A stretch of DNA of 64,000 nt from the NCBI GenBank assembly GCA_051362555.1, contig CM120643.1, forward strand, positions 310,001 to 374,000, given 5' to 3'. The notes beneath the pieces were generated by a model. That model did not search any database, had not been told where the DNA came from, and worked only from the letters and a program-made list of their open reading frames with translations. The translations under genes and the position numbers were made by a program. The first letter of the stretch is position 1; the number at the start of each line of letters is the position of its first letter. Positions 12,847 to 25,101 of the stretch are shown here, piece by piece. The DNA comes from Lingula anatina (lineage: Eukaryota > Animalia > Brachiopoda).

Positions 12847-15800
12847 AAGCTGACATAACTATTCTGTCCATATGACTGCTGAGTCACGGACCCCTTTGTT
12901 CTTCACAATATTCACATAAAATAGCTTCAAACAAATAACTACCCTACTGACTCCTACCCCCCCCCCCCCCACCCCCCACCCCCACCCCTCCCACCCCTTC
13001 CCTGTGTGCTCTCTCCAAGACTGGGAGAGGTGTTCCTTCCCACAGATTTGAGACACACAGAGTATTGTATTTAGAGCGGGTAGACATTTCTTTTATCCCG
13101 TCATTAACCAAAAGCCGTTCAGAAGCTACTGAGTGTAATAACAAGCAGGTGCCCGAGATATACACCAACACCACCACCTCGCACGCGTGGCGTCCTCTAA
13201 AATTTCTAATACAACAAACAGTCGTATTCAAGCTCAGACGATAGCTAAATGATTAATTAATAACTAAGCAAACTTAATTCTTACTGCGCAAATATATATT
13301 TTGTTTGACGTTGATTAAACCAGCGTCATAAAACCAACCATAAAATATTCAGAAATATTTTATATGCAGTAACGTAAGCGTAATTTCTTCTCTTTACAAT
13401 GCTGTGCTTAACACTGACATGAAATTTAACTAGTTGATTAATATTTTTGTAAAATAATCTGGTCTTAAATTTTCATTTCATGAAATCGTAAAAATATCTT
13501 TCATAATAATCTTGTCATTTCAGGTTAAGGAACGCCAGTCGCCATTATGGAGGTAAATAATTTCCCTGAACTGCTTTTTGCTGACATCACGCAAAAATCT
13601 CTGAGTCTGTTAAAAACGAGCATTATGCATCCCCTACCTTTTACACGTTTCCTCTCTCAAATTTGAAGGTCCTTAAAATCCTTTTCCTTTATGCCGATCC
13701 AGAACAAAATTTTGTTTCGTAAAAAAGCCTCTGCCCACTGTCTGCTTTCTACATCTGATTATGCCTACTGTAAAAATCGTTTTCTGCATTTGTTGAGGGG
13801 GGATCGTAAGGGGAAATTGATCAGGCATCAATTAACTTGACGCATTTCTGATGTCTTCGCTACCGCAATGATACAGACGTGGAAGGATGATAATACACGC
13901 ATGTCGACATTTAGCATTGACATGTGGTTACCGACAACAGGTTCCATTTCAATTCAATTATTTGCTTCTGGTAGGCCTATATGTATTTCTTTTGTTTGGT
14001 AATAGTTTTTCGTTTCTCAAAAATGGCGTTGAACATTAGTGTGAACTGTGGAAAGTTTCGCAAACATCACGATCAATGTTAATCGTATACAGGCTGACGT
14101 TGACAGAGAATTTTGTAAAAACTGTCTTAAAATATGTTGTAATTTCAAACTGCAAATTTGTGATTATACAGATTTGGAAGGATAAGTTAATTACCCTGTG
14201 TCTAGATGGGGTGCGCTTACCACACAACAACCATAGATGGCGCTCCATTACACGACATATTCATGGTTATATCAATGATATACATGATGAAGATTGAAGG
14301 AAGAGGAAGAAGAACAATAAAACACCTTTATCACCGACAGAAGTCTGCTGAAGCAAAGTTATATATCCTCGCTTGACAAATGGGTTGATTTGAATTGAAG
14401 TAACAATTCTTCTATAGCCTGTTGGCTCGTTAACTTTGTCGAAATCTACTCTTAACGGTAGAAATGTAATTTAAAAAGATCTCAAAAAACGGGTGCAACA
14501 GATATTTTCTCAATTATTATGTAAAGAACATACTTTGGTGATGCAAGTGGTATATGTTGACATTTTTTGTAAGTTCTCTTATTCTATCGCACTGCATTAT
14601 GTATGTCCTTCAAGAAGATCAAGAACTTCTTCAGAAAGGATCAGGACGATATCACAATGGTGATTGTCGGAAAATGGATATTGGCTTGTAACAAAATCAG
14701 TATAAAAGCAGCGACTCTGATATTCTAAGTACCGTGAGTGTAACGAAACGGAGGGTCGGTGTAACAGAAAGTCCGCCCTCCATATAGTTATAATGGTTAG
14801 GGTTAGGTATTCTCTAAACCGGTGGAAGGTGTTCCCATTTAACCGTTTCGACTAGATGAAAGAGGATTCAAAGTCAATCAAGTGCCGACTAGATTGCCTC
14901 AAATGTCGACCTTCATGCTACGCGGGTAAGACCTCAAAACTCCCTGTGTTTAAAACTCCCGTGACGATATGTGACGACACTAATAAATGGCGCTAGTAAG
15001 TGTTTAACACTATACTGCATAGATGGAATAAAAACAGTTAAACGTATTATTCTGAAACGAGACAAATGACTTATTTTACGACTGATATGGTTCAAAGTGC
15101 GACGAAGGACACACTGCAGGATGTGAATATCTATAACCCCGGGCCGAGAATGTCAAGACAGAGTGTTACATATGTACGAGGTCCTACATGGGCAGGTCAC
15201 CTGCGTAGCATGTAAGGCCGAAAACTGCGGTAATCTTGTCGATCACTGGATTGACCACACAGTCGTCCACAGTCAATTGTCCTGTCTTCACCCTCTACTT
15301 TTGTGTTTATATCGGCATCAAAGCATCCTTAAGGCAAAAAAAAGTTTAAATTTTGAAATAAACGTATCCCCTTAATACGGTTTCATAGACACTAAAGATT
15401 AAGAGTACGAAGGTCCGGTCCAGCCACATCACACACACACACACACACACGTGTTGAATTGCCCGATTTCAACATCCTTCCCTCGACAAAATAAAGAACT
15501 GATTTACGAGTATGAACACTCAGTGATTTATAAGTGTGAGCTGTCTTCACGAACACAAAATATTTAATTGGATCACACAGGTGAGATCAATGGCTCGTGT
15601 CCAGGGACATCAACACGTCTGAATAGTGAAATGTTTTATTCGTCAGAGAATTAAAATGATAACCATCATCTGCTCCAACGTACGAAGTATTCCATTGTTC
15701 ATTACTTTTGCCATTATCACATGACATACCCGGTAGTTTATTGTTTCATAGTTTTTTCATTGTAACGTATTCATCCACCTGGATGGATAAAAATAAAAAT

Positions 15801-16641
15801 ATAAATGTAATTTTAAATGAGTATGCTATTAACTAATTACAATTGTTAGACTTCTCACTGAAGACAATTCTTTAAGCCAAGTTACTAGTACTAATACTCA
15901 GTTGTCGTTAGGGATGAATTATTATTGCATATCAAAGTGAATGCCGTGGACTCTATAGCTGAAGATGCACAGCAAACTACCCTGTAGCCGTATATCAGTT
16001 CATTTTCACTTCCCAAAAGATACTTTACAGCCAGAGACGAGAACATCGGACATAATTAAAGACAAGACTGAGCAAAGAAACACTGTTATACAAACAGCAG
16101 TTCTTTGATCATTTGTCTTTCTGATGTTTTTCGGTATCTTACTTCGTATTCTGCAAAAGAGAGTTCAGACAGGGCTGTTGACACCTACCCCCACCCCACA
16201 CACATCCCCTCTAAATCTTCCCTGAATTACACTTACAGTATTAAAGGTGAGCACACACTTACGGCATAATTTATATCTTAATGCCCTCCCTCCCTCTCGT
16301 GATCGCGGTGACGATAACAGCGGGTAAACGACTAATTGTGTGTCATGGTGACCCAGGTGACGGTCAGCTCATTTACTGTGACAGACGGAGACGCTGCAGC
16401 ACAATATACACATAGTTAACCAGGTGTCGTGAAGAAAACATTAGGAGCTTAAGCGTCGGTGTCGAGAAAGAACATCATTAACAGCCACAATACTTTTGTT
16501 TCATTAATAATAATACTACACCGGTAGGTGTAGTCTTCAACAGGACCACATGAAGCGGTGACTGTGTGCCAGGTAAACAGGCTTTTCATCACCTTTGATT
16601 GGGTCCCCCGTGTGATGACAGTAAACACGACAACCAGCTTG

Positions 16642-16648
16642 TATAAAA
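16642..16648 (+). promoter_or_regulatory. TATA box of the Gly/Tyr-rich gene
   Basis: TATAAAA 93 nt upstream of the ATG. Two GTAAACA (forkhead-type) motifs lie at 16573 and 16621. Confidence 0.6.
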
Positions 16649-16734
16649 ACTGCGCCAATGTTCGTCTCTGGCATCTTGCTGGCATAACACTAACTGTCCC
16701 AGTCGCCCCGTGGTCCTGCTGTCACACGTTCAAG

Positions 16735-17548
16735 ATGATGAAGCTGGTAGTCCTCACACTCCTCGTGGCCGCAGCCACCGCTGTCTACGTGGACAGGATC
16801 GGCAGTTATGGTCGCCATGGATACGGGTACAACACCCGCGGCTACGCCAAGAAAGGCTACGGCTACCAGATTGCAGGCCGCCCTGAGGATTACATCTCTA
16901 GGTAAGTAATGAACATTGTGAATTTTTGAATTTTATGTTAAAATTATGCTGCCTGTGGATATCCCGTAAGATCTTTGTGGAAAATTTACTTTTTGGGCAC
17001 GTTCTCCATTATTTGATTTATCATTTTGAATTCCTGAGATAAGTTCAGAGGAATAAGAGCGTGCAATATATTAAATTGCTCCGGAAAATGGTTAAAACTG
17101 TTTTCAAGACGTCTTGTTAAATACGTACTATACATGTAGTTATACGATACTGCCTATATGTTTCTCTCTCTCTCTCTCTCTCTCATCTTCAAAAGGGATA
17201 GTATTCTATCTTTAAAAAGACAGTAAGTATCACCATGTATTGCAACCCAGTATAGATTGGTCAGATACGTATTCATAACGTAACGCTTCTTTCTCCTCTA
17301 GCTGCGGCGGCAACGCTTACAGCACCTACAACGAGGACTGCTGTGGCGGAGTGATCTACAACAGACGCTACCAGGACTGCTGTGCTGGTCACCTGGTCAT
17401 CAACAAGCCTGCCCAGTGTCCAGGTCTTCCCCGCGTCCACGTCAACTACGGCTACAACAAAGGTTACGACGCTGGTTACGCTCCCAGATACGACGCTGGT
17501 TACGCCCCCAGATACGACGCTGGCTACGGCTACGGCAAGAATTATTAA
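16735..17548 (+). CDS. Secreted Gly/Tyr-rich protein with galaxin-like Cys repeats (137 aa, 2 exons)
   Basis: Exons 16735-16901 (donor GTAAGT) and 17302-17548 (acceptor ttctcctctAG), joined in phase 2. Signal peptide MMKLVVLTLLVAAATA, then a GY-rich arm, core CGGNAYSTYNEDCCGGVIYNRRYQDCCAGH and YDAGYAPR repeats. Strong C-ending codon bias. AATAAA at 17706. Confidence 0.92.
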
Positions 17549-17863
17549 GAAACTCTGCTGCCTGTTGTGATAAGAGCTATAAAGAAACGCCTAACCAGGC
17601 TCCCTCTCTCCCCAGTTAAGACATTGAGCTGACTTTACAATAAGAGCATTGTGGAATTAAGCCTTATCATGTTGTTTTAGTTTTTAACTGTTCACCAGAT
17701 TTGTGAATAAATGTGCTTTATATGAACATGTCGATTTCTTTGACTTTTACATTTGACTTTAAATTATTTTGTGGCGTTGTTTCAATGATTTTGAGCTTTG
17801 AAACTTAAAACAAATTGAGAAAATATTTCCAAAATACCATTGATATCATACCAATAACACTAA

Positions 17864-18078
17864 GACCCCATTTCCAGAGATTAGATCGATCTATTTTAGA
17901 TCGACCTAACTCCCTGGGGGTTCACGCTAAATAGCTGTCAGCCGAGCGGAAACGAAAGTTAATTATCCCTTTACAGCTTATAGTAGGCGGGACGGACATT
18001 TAAGCCGGATTATCTGACAGTAATCTAGTGAGACTCCCCGCGGGGATAGATCGATCTAAAAGCTCTGGGAATACAGCC
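17864..18078. mobile_element. PIF/Harbinger-like MITE
   Basis: Imperfect TIRs with subterminal palindrome tagatcgatcta and TAA on both flanks. An inverted second copy lies at about 48927-49152. Confidence 0.7.
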
Positions 18079-18319
18079 TAAAATATCAAATAACAATTTA
18101 ATGAACATAACTGCATTTCTTATAGTTTTACGTTAAAACATTAATTATTCTGGAGTTCAATTATGCCAACAATGCAGTGCAATGCAAAGCTTTGAAAATG
18201 CAGGTACAAAAATTGTACAAAAAAATCTTTAAAAATGTTCAAGAAGATACCGGTCAAACCGTTATGGTGAGTACAGAAATGTTTAAATCATGGACGCTGT
18301 ACACTCGCTAAGTAATTAA

Positions 18320-18623
18320 GGCTCTGTCACACCTAGCGTAAAGACGTATGCATCAGCATCGAATGTGGCATCGTTTAAGCGCGCAACTGTATTTTGCACG
18401 TAAACCATCACCCTGTGCCCAGCGTGGTAAAATGAAGATACAAGCAGCGTGTGAAATTGTAGTTTTTTGAACATGCTTTACACATTCTCTCTACGGGTGT
18501 GTGAACGTGCACCAAAGTCTGCTTGCGTACACGACGTAATGCTTGCGAATCCCCCTGCGCTTGCCTTTGCATTGGACGTTTTTTTCTGATGCGTTAGTGC
18601 TATACGATAGATGTGACATAAGG
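18320..18623. mobile_element. Degenerate Harbinger-like MITE
   Basis: Inverted ends tgtcacacctagcgta / tacgatagatgtgaca, preceded by TAA. The right TSD is not clear. Confidence 0.45.
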
Positions 18624-19744
18624 ACGACCTTCAGGACCTCGACCTTGCATGCACACACGGGCAACGTCTAGCGCTAAAATGGCCATTAGACGGATGTAAT
18701 CTTAAATCGTCAGGCAGCAAATGTTTGATGCAATGGACTCCATAATGTCTCCTTGAAAATACTAGTACGTTTAATTGCTAGCCGTATTTATGCAAGTTTA
18801 ATGCGTCTTGCTTTTACAAGAAAAAACACCTGTAATTTCATGTGTTTCAATATGGCATCAAGAATATGTTCAGCACATTCTATATGCTCATAAAAGTTGT
18901 CGGGTGGATCTCTGTTGGTGGATCTCTGTTAAAATTCTCTGTTAAAATTCAGGGGCTGATCAATGATTATTCAAAGGAGGGGAGGGGATTTAGAATGACA
19001 GGCCTCGGATTGTGCCCCCCCCCCAACCCAACCTCCCCCACCCTCATTCCGTAACTGAATGGCGTATGACTGGTCTGTGCCGGTGTAACGAAACTGAGGG
19101 CCCGTGTGACAGAAGGTCTGTCCTCCATATAGGGTTAGTGTGACCTAAGTGGGTCAAAATCTAGGACGAGGCTCAACTGTACAAATGTATGGGAAGCGGA
19201 CTCTCTTTCATTATCTGTCACATTCCACCGGATAAGTAGGGAATCACTAAGGAAAACGTCTTTTCAAGACAAGAACTCAAACCCAGACTGCCATCCAGCT
19301 TTTTCCTTTGGCTGAACTGTCGTACCCTCCCCTCCCCACTTCTTTAGTAGTTAGAGGACCTACCGGCAATAGCACTAAGGACAATAAACCTTGACCTTGG
19401 GTTTGAGTGACCAGTCAGGTTTGAGTGACCAGCCTTCTTTCAGGAACATAATTACACATAACAAAAGATAATCTAAGCCGCTGTTTATTTCTATTAGGAA
19501 TGTGTGTTGTGTAACACAAAGTGGAAATCTGAAACTGAAAGTCCTTGGCAAAAGTCAGCACCGATGTAACGGATAAATGTGGCATTACATTTTACATCTA
19601 TAACAAGAGCAAGAATATATGCGTTGACAAAGGATTTGATATTTTGAAGGTGCTAGCGTAGTTAATTCATGAGTTTGGTGAAAACAGGCGACTGGGATGT
19701 CATTCCCTATTCAGTCCAGGGGACTTTCTGTACGTAGCTTAAGC

Positions 19745-22422
19745 CTATTTTATTCTTCGGTTACGTCTTGCAGGCACAACTCTATTTCTTGCGGCACGCG
19801 CAGCGGTTTTATAGGCCTGGAAGGACTCGAACTCAAGGACGCAGCGTTTGGGCTTTATGTAACCAGGAATCCATAACCAGGATGCCATGTCATTTATTTC
19901 TGTCATGTTGGTATCGGGTCCCACGGCCACGACACAGATGACGATTCCTGAAACCGAACAACAGCACCAGTATCGTATAGCGTCATCTTTTATGATATAT
20001 TGATAACAAAGTGAAGGAAAGGAACAACTTAATGGAACCCAATTTGACAATAGTCAGAACTGAATGTTGCCTAGAATAAAGAGAAAACCAAAAGATATCT
20101 GTGACTGATACATGTAGATGGATGATCTTTTGGTTTATTAGTCAAATGATACATGTATGTTTCCTTTTCCCTATTTTCTATGCTTCGAAACAAATTGAAA
20201 TCTACCCGTGCTCTTCATAGCGTTTGCCTTTGGGACAGGGTTGCCCCCTTGATTAGATTTTCCGTCTGTTGTCATCCACACAAGTCGCTTGCCTTGAACG
20301 CCAAGTTCGTTCTGGCAGAGTTGCAGTCCTTTCTTAGTGTTTGTTTGAATTCCTGCAATCGCAAAGAAATTTTGTTGGTTTCAGTACCAATGAACAGCTT
20401 ATCTTTAAGGTAAGGCCTTAGATCTTTTACGATCCTATCTTGTTGGGAGAATGCATCAAGTTAATATAAATGGTGTGCTTTCTGAACTCTCACAGCTTTT
20501 ATTTGGTGTTCCTCAGGGGAGCGTGCTTGGCTCGCTTAAGTTTTGTGTTTACACGTTACCCCTTGGAGCAATTCTGCGTTATCATAAGATAGGTTACCAC
20601 TTTTATGCCGATGATACCCAGGTGTACACATCTTGTAACATCCATGATCCAGCATTGTCTGTGAACACAATTGTTGATTGCATATCAGACCTCAGAGGTT
20701 GGCTCATTTTAAACAAATTGAAGATAAATGATGGAAAAACGGAATTTTTAGTCATTACTCAACCCCACAACAAGGGCCTTGCTCACAACTTGCAACTTAA
20801 AATTGGAGCTAGTATGGCATTTTCCTCCCCCCATGTAAAAAATTTAGGAGTATACTTTGATTCTACACTTTCAATGGACAAACAGATCTCCAACATCACA
20901 AGGTCTTGTTTATTCAACATTCGGAATATTGGCACCATAAGGAAACATATGAATCAATCATCTGCTGCTACTGTTATACACTCATTGGTAACTTCCAGGC
21001 TAGACTTTTGCAATTCTGTATTATATGGATGTCCAGATGATAAGATCAAAAGATTACAACGCATCCAGAATATCTCAGCACGGCTTTTAATGCTACAGCC
21101 TAGGGATTGCCATATCACTCCAATTTTAAAGCATCTGCACTGGTTACCAGTTAGGGCCAGAATTTTATTTAAGGTTTTAGTTTTTACACATGCTGCTTTT
21201 TATAATCTAGCTCCACCATATATAACTGATCTAGTCAAACATTATAGCCCTCAAAGATCCCTGAGGTCTGGTGACAAACTTTTACTGAAAGTTCCAAAAT
21301 CAAGGTTAAAATCATATGGTGACATATCATTTTGTGTAGCTGCACCAGTAGAGTGGAATAAGTTGCCAATTTTTATTAAACAAATAGAATCACAAGAATC
21401 TTTTAAAAAGGAATTAAAAACTCATATTTTTAAGACATTTTATTCATGAATTTTAAATTTTACAATTTTAAAGAAACCTTGGATTTTTTACTTTTAATTA
21501 CTGTTTATTACAATTTAGTTTAGCTCTTATTTATATAAAATATATCTTAACCATTTTTATCTATAAACTTCTTTGTATTTTATGTTGTATAGTCTATTGA
21601 ACATTTTATGGATTTTAGACTTGAAATAAATATATTATTATTATATTATTATCTTTTATCCGTGCATTGTTTCTGTTCGGATATCATGTTCGCAAAATTA
21701 TGCATATGCATATATAAAAAGTTACCTTTCATATTCCACGAGCCAAACGGTGGTGCATATGAATCTTCACGAAAATTAAAATGAAATATTATTAATCTCT
21801 CAATTTACAATTTACAGTTTACCCACTAGCTTCAGTGGGCGCGACAGACATTTAAGCAAATTAAACTAAACGCAATTTAGCAAGAGTCCCCTCGGAGTAA
21901 GATCGAAACTGCTAGTACGATAGGGTTTCGGAAACCCAGTCTAAGACTGTTTTTAATATCGTACCTTTTTTCGGCACACTTGCAATTGCCATATAGTTCT
22001 GTGAAAAGAGCCCATACGTGCCCAAACCGAAAATAACTTTAGTAACATCTTCGTCAGAGAATCGCACCAACCCGATCCTGTGTCTAATAGGATGGACGCT
22101 GTCCGCAGCTGGCGTGTTGTCAATTATGAAAAGGGTATCCTGAAGGAGAATGAATGTAGTAAAGGCTATATCAGCTTAGTAATTTTCAGCGACAGTATCA
22201 CAGCAACGGTTCCTTGTCAAATTGTTAAAAAAAGCAATTATAAGTGGCAGTTTAACTGTGTCACCAACCTAGTTTATTTAGCATTTACAAGTGTAAGAAT
22301 ATTTTATTTCATTCTTCATGATCAATTTTCAATTAAAATTCATTCACAATTTCAAAGTATTTACAAGTGAAAATAAAACACAATGTTGATCAAAAATGAC
22401 ACAATATCAGTTTATGCTTTTC

Positions 22423-22488
<66 letters not shown>

Positions 22489-23591
22489 GCTAATGCCAGA
22501 TTAATTACATTCCAAAAATATATCATTCCACACTACACATGGTACTCTTTCATTAAGCAATATTGGATTCTTCTGATTTATTCAAAGCAAGTTTTAATCT
22601 TACTTCTCTGGAAGTAATATCTTTTAGTTGCATTCCTTCAAAGGTTTATTTATGCTCTCCTGATTAACCATAATTTTTAATTAACTGATGAGTAATGCAA
22701 TTTCTATTAATTTGATATATATTGATAAAGGTTATTCCTTTCTGCCCAACCACCTGTGAAATCTCTTCATAAGTACAAAGTCTATTTTCTTTAACTAAAC
22801 CTCTAATATAAATGATTCCACTTTTATCCAACGAGTGAAACACAAAGGTAAATTATACTGCTTGATATAGGTATTGGTCCACAAAATAGATCCATCTTAA
22901 GGATATTGTATATCTTTAATATCATCCAGATACCGAAAATGAGTTTTTTTCCTGCATGCATCTAATTATTCAATAATGCGTCTTTCTTTGTGCTGATTTG
23001 GGGTAATATTACAACAAAATACACTTGAACTTTTTCCTAACTGCCCATACAAGTACTTCGGGATCACTCTCCAGTGACCATCCCCTTGAGAACATAACAA
23101 CCCATTTAATGGCATTCTTCATGATCAAATCTGGCTGAACCGAAGTCAAATACGCAGTACCCATGATAAAATGATTCTGACGGTCATCTACAGACTTATA
23201 CTGTTACTACATGCTCGAAACCTAGTAGGCTGAAACAGAGTTACCGTATTGTTGATACAGCGTCCAGATAAGAAAAAGATCTATTTAGCCAATAAACATT
23301 TTTAAAATTAATAATCAGAATCATTTACCCTGTAAAACAAAGGGCATTCGTAAAATTAAAGTTAATTAATTGCCCAAATGTAGAATAACCTACCAACGTC
23401 GCTTGTTTGGAATAGTACCACTCAGTAGTATTTATGCTTCCGCTGCTGTCAACGTCAAATATCACCTTCCAGTAGGGAGGAGAGCCGCCCATCAACAGTC
23501 CAATAATTTGGTCAATTGTAAGAGCGTCCACTCGCTGGTTTATACACGCCGCGCCCACGGCGGTCAACAGTAGCAATGCGGATAGGTTCAT
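19745..23591 (-). CDS. Secreted single von Willebrand factor A domain protein, paralogue A (240 aa, 4 exons)
   Basis: Exons 23591-23394, 22139-21965, 20352-20206 and 19947-19745 (198/175/147/203 nt), all GT-AG and in phase. Signal peptide MNLSALLLLTAVGA. MIDAS residues DSSGS...T(N)T...TDG and the RIGLVRFS strand are present. Basic tail ARRNRRIK. TATA box about 76 nt upstream. Confidence 0.92.
20407..21648 (+). mobile_element. 5'-truncated L2-clade LINE in intron 2 of VWA paralogue A
   Basis: Uninterrupted RT C-terminal frame (ORF 20451-21449) with GVPQGSVLG, YADDTQ and LHWLPVRARILFK. The 3' end has a hairpin agtcta..tagact, AATAAA and a (TAT)n tail. Candidate TSD ttatcttt at 20399 and 21649. 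Absent from paralogue B. Confidence 0.92.
22426..22485. repeat. (TA)n microsatellite
   Basis: About 30 TA units, read directly. Confidence 0.95.
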
Positions 23592-24067
23592 CTTCAGTGA
23601 CGTCAGATGTTAGCTTCCTTTATCACCTACAGGAAGTTCATTGGTGCTTCACGGAGACTGGCGTCTTTTTATACCTACCTGTATCTACTTTTCCCCATTA
23701 AACAGAAATTAAACTATTTCCTCGTACCCTGGAGGTACACCGGGAACAGCGCCATTTTGAATGTTATTTCAGTAATTAGTCTCGAGAGAACATGTGTTGA
23801 TGGACATTTAATTTTATTTCAGAATCAATTACTTTTTGTACATGTCAAAATTACCTTGTTTACCGAATATTTTTGAACCGTGCTATGTGCTTTATTGAGG
23901 AAGTCAGATTGAACCAATTAGAAACCGCCGTCAGGAATGTTTCGGCTCCTTATTTAAAAAATCCTGAATACGTGACCCAGAAAGACGTACATTTATGTAA
24001 GCATACGTGTATCTAAATTTTACTCTGATATTTCTACGTAAGTGAAGAAAATTGATTATTCCCTTAA

Positions 24068-25101
24068 CCCTCAAGTGACCGAGTGGGGTCATTTACGACC
24101 CCAGCCATATGATTTAAAGTGCCATCTCTTTATTTTTTATTCAAATTTTCTTTCCTTGCATGAGTTTGTCAGTCTACTAATCCTACACACTTTCCCAGTT
24201 TTTTGTAGGGATCAACCAATTAGTGTGGCGTATACATCAAAAACTCTTGTGGGGTCATTTATGACCCCAAAGAGAACCATTGGCTTTTACATATTAGTTT
24301 TTAAATTTTATTCAAATGTTTTGCCCAAGCAACACTGACAGGAAAATGTCACATGCATGTGCTTCATGCAACCAGCCAGTGTGCCCAAAACATAGGCACA
24401 AATAAGTGATTTGTGAAGATTGTGCTTGAAGTGTTACTAATAGTGCATCGCTGAATCTAATTTCAGTAGCTTTGTTAGAACTTGTTCTCATAACTGGATC
24501 TCTCATTTTGACGTTACAATTTTCGGGTATTTCTGAAATCTAAATAATTCTGTCGATATCATATTATACATATATTAACAAATTGTTTGTGTGGATTTTT
24601 TTTTTATACACAGCTGTGGTAGTAACATACATGTAGGTTGATTGAATGTGTTCTGAGTAGTATGACTTCCTTACCAGCATTAGGGTATTCCCTACTCAGC
24701 AAGTCAGCTAATTATTCTTATTGAAGTTAGCAGGATGCTATCTCAACATAAATCAAAATATTTTTACTCAAAGTAATTTTGTAATGTACTTTTTTCATTT
24801 AGTGTGGCAAATAAAAAGAGAAATATTTCTGCAAGTGGAAACTGACAATGACTGTCTAAATACCGGTGTAATGTTGTTCTTAAAATCTGTGCTCGGTTAT
24901 TTCATGCAATAAAAGTATTATTACCAAATACTTATTACATTAGATCATTATAAAATACTTGTCTTAAATCCTGGGAGTAGTATAGGTGTGATAAAGCCTC
25001 AACAGCCTTTTATAATAAGGATCCCTGTACAGAGCACAATGGGGTCATAGATGACCCCACTTGGTCATTTCAGTCAGTAAAATAGCTTGGTCTCTTGAGG
25101 G
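24068..25101 (+). mobile_element. Non-autonomous piggyBac element
   Basis: TTAA|ccctcaagtgacc ... ggtctcttgaggg|TTAA, with subterminal inverted repeats gagtggggtcat / atgaccccactt. A relic Cys-rich domain, CASCNQPVCPKH..*VICEDC, lies at about 24345-24425. The paralogous empty site with a single TTAA is at 31498-31501. Confidence 0.92.

Noticed and set aside
17441-17548. YDAGYAPR repeats as a neuropeptide precursor
   Set aside because: No regular dibasic or G-K/R amidation sites between the repeats, and the Cys core favours a structural protein (not fully excluded).
14734-19140. About 55-bp direct repeats (14734, 19083) flanking the Gly/Tyr gene as LTRs or a mobilised cassette
   Set aside because: Short, diverged and without a TSD. 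More likely independent fragments of a dispersed repeat.
23040-23260. Extra VWA exon in intron 1 (similar to 30510-30570)
   Set aside because: No phase-compatible open frame with splice sites was found. Exons 1 and 2 already give a continuous VWA domain, so this is conserved intron sequence.
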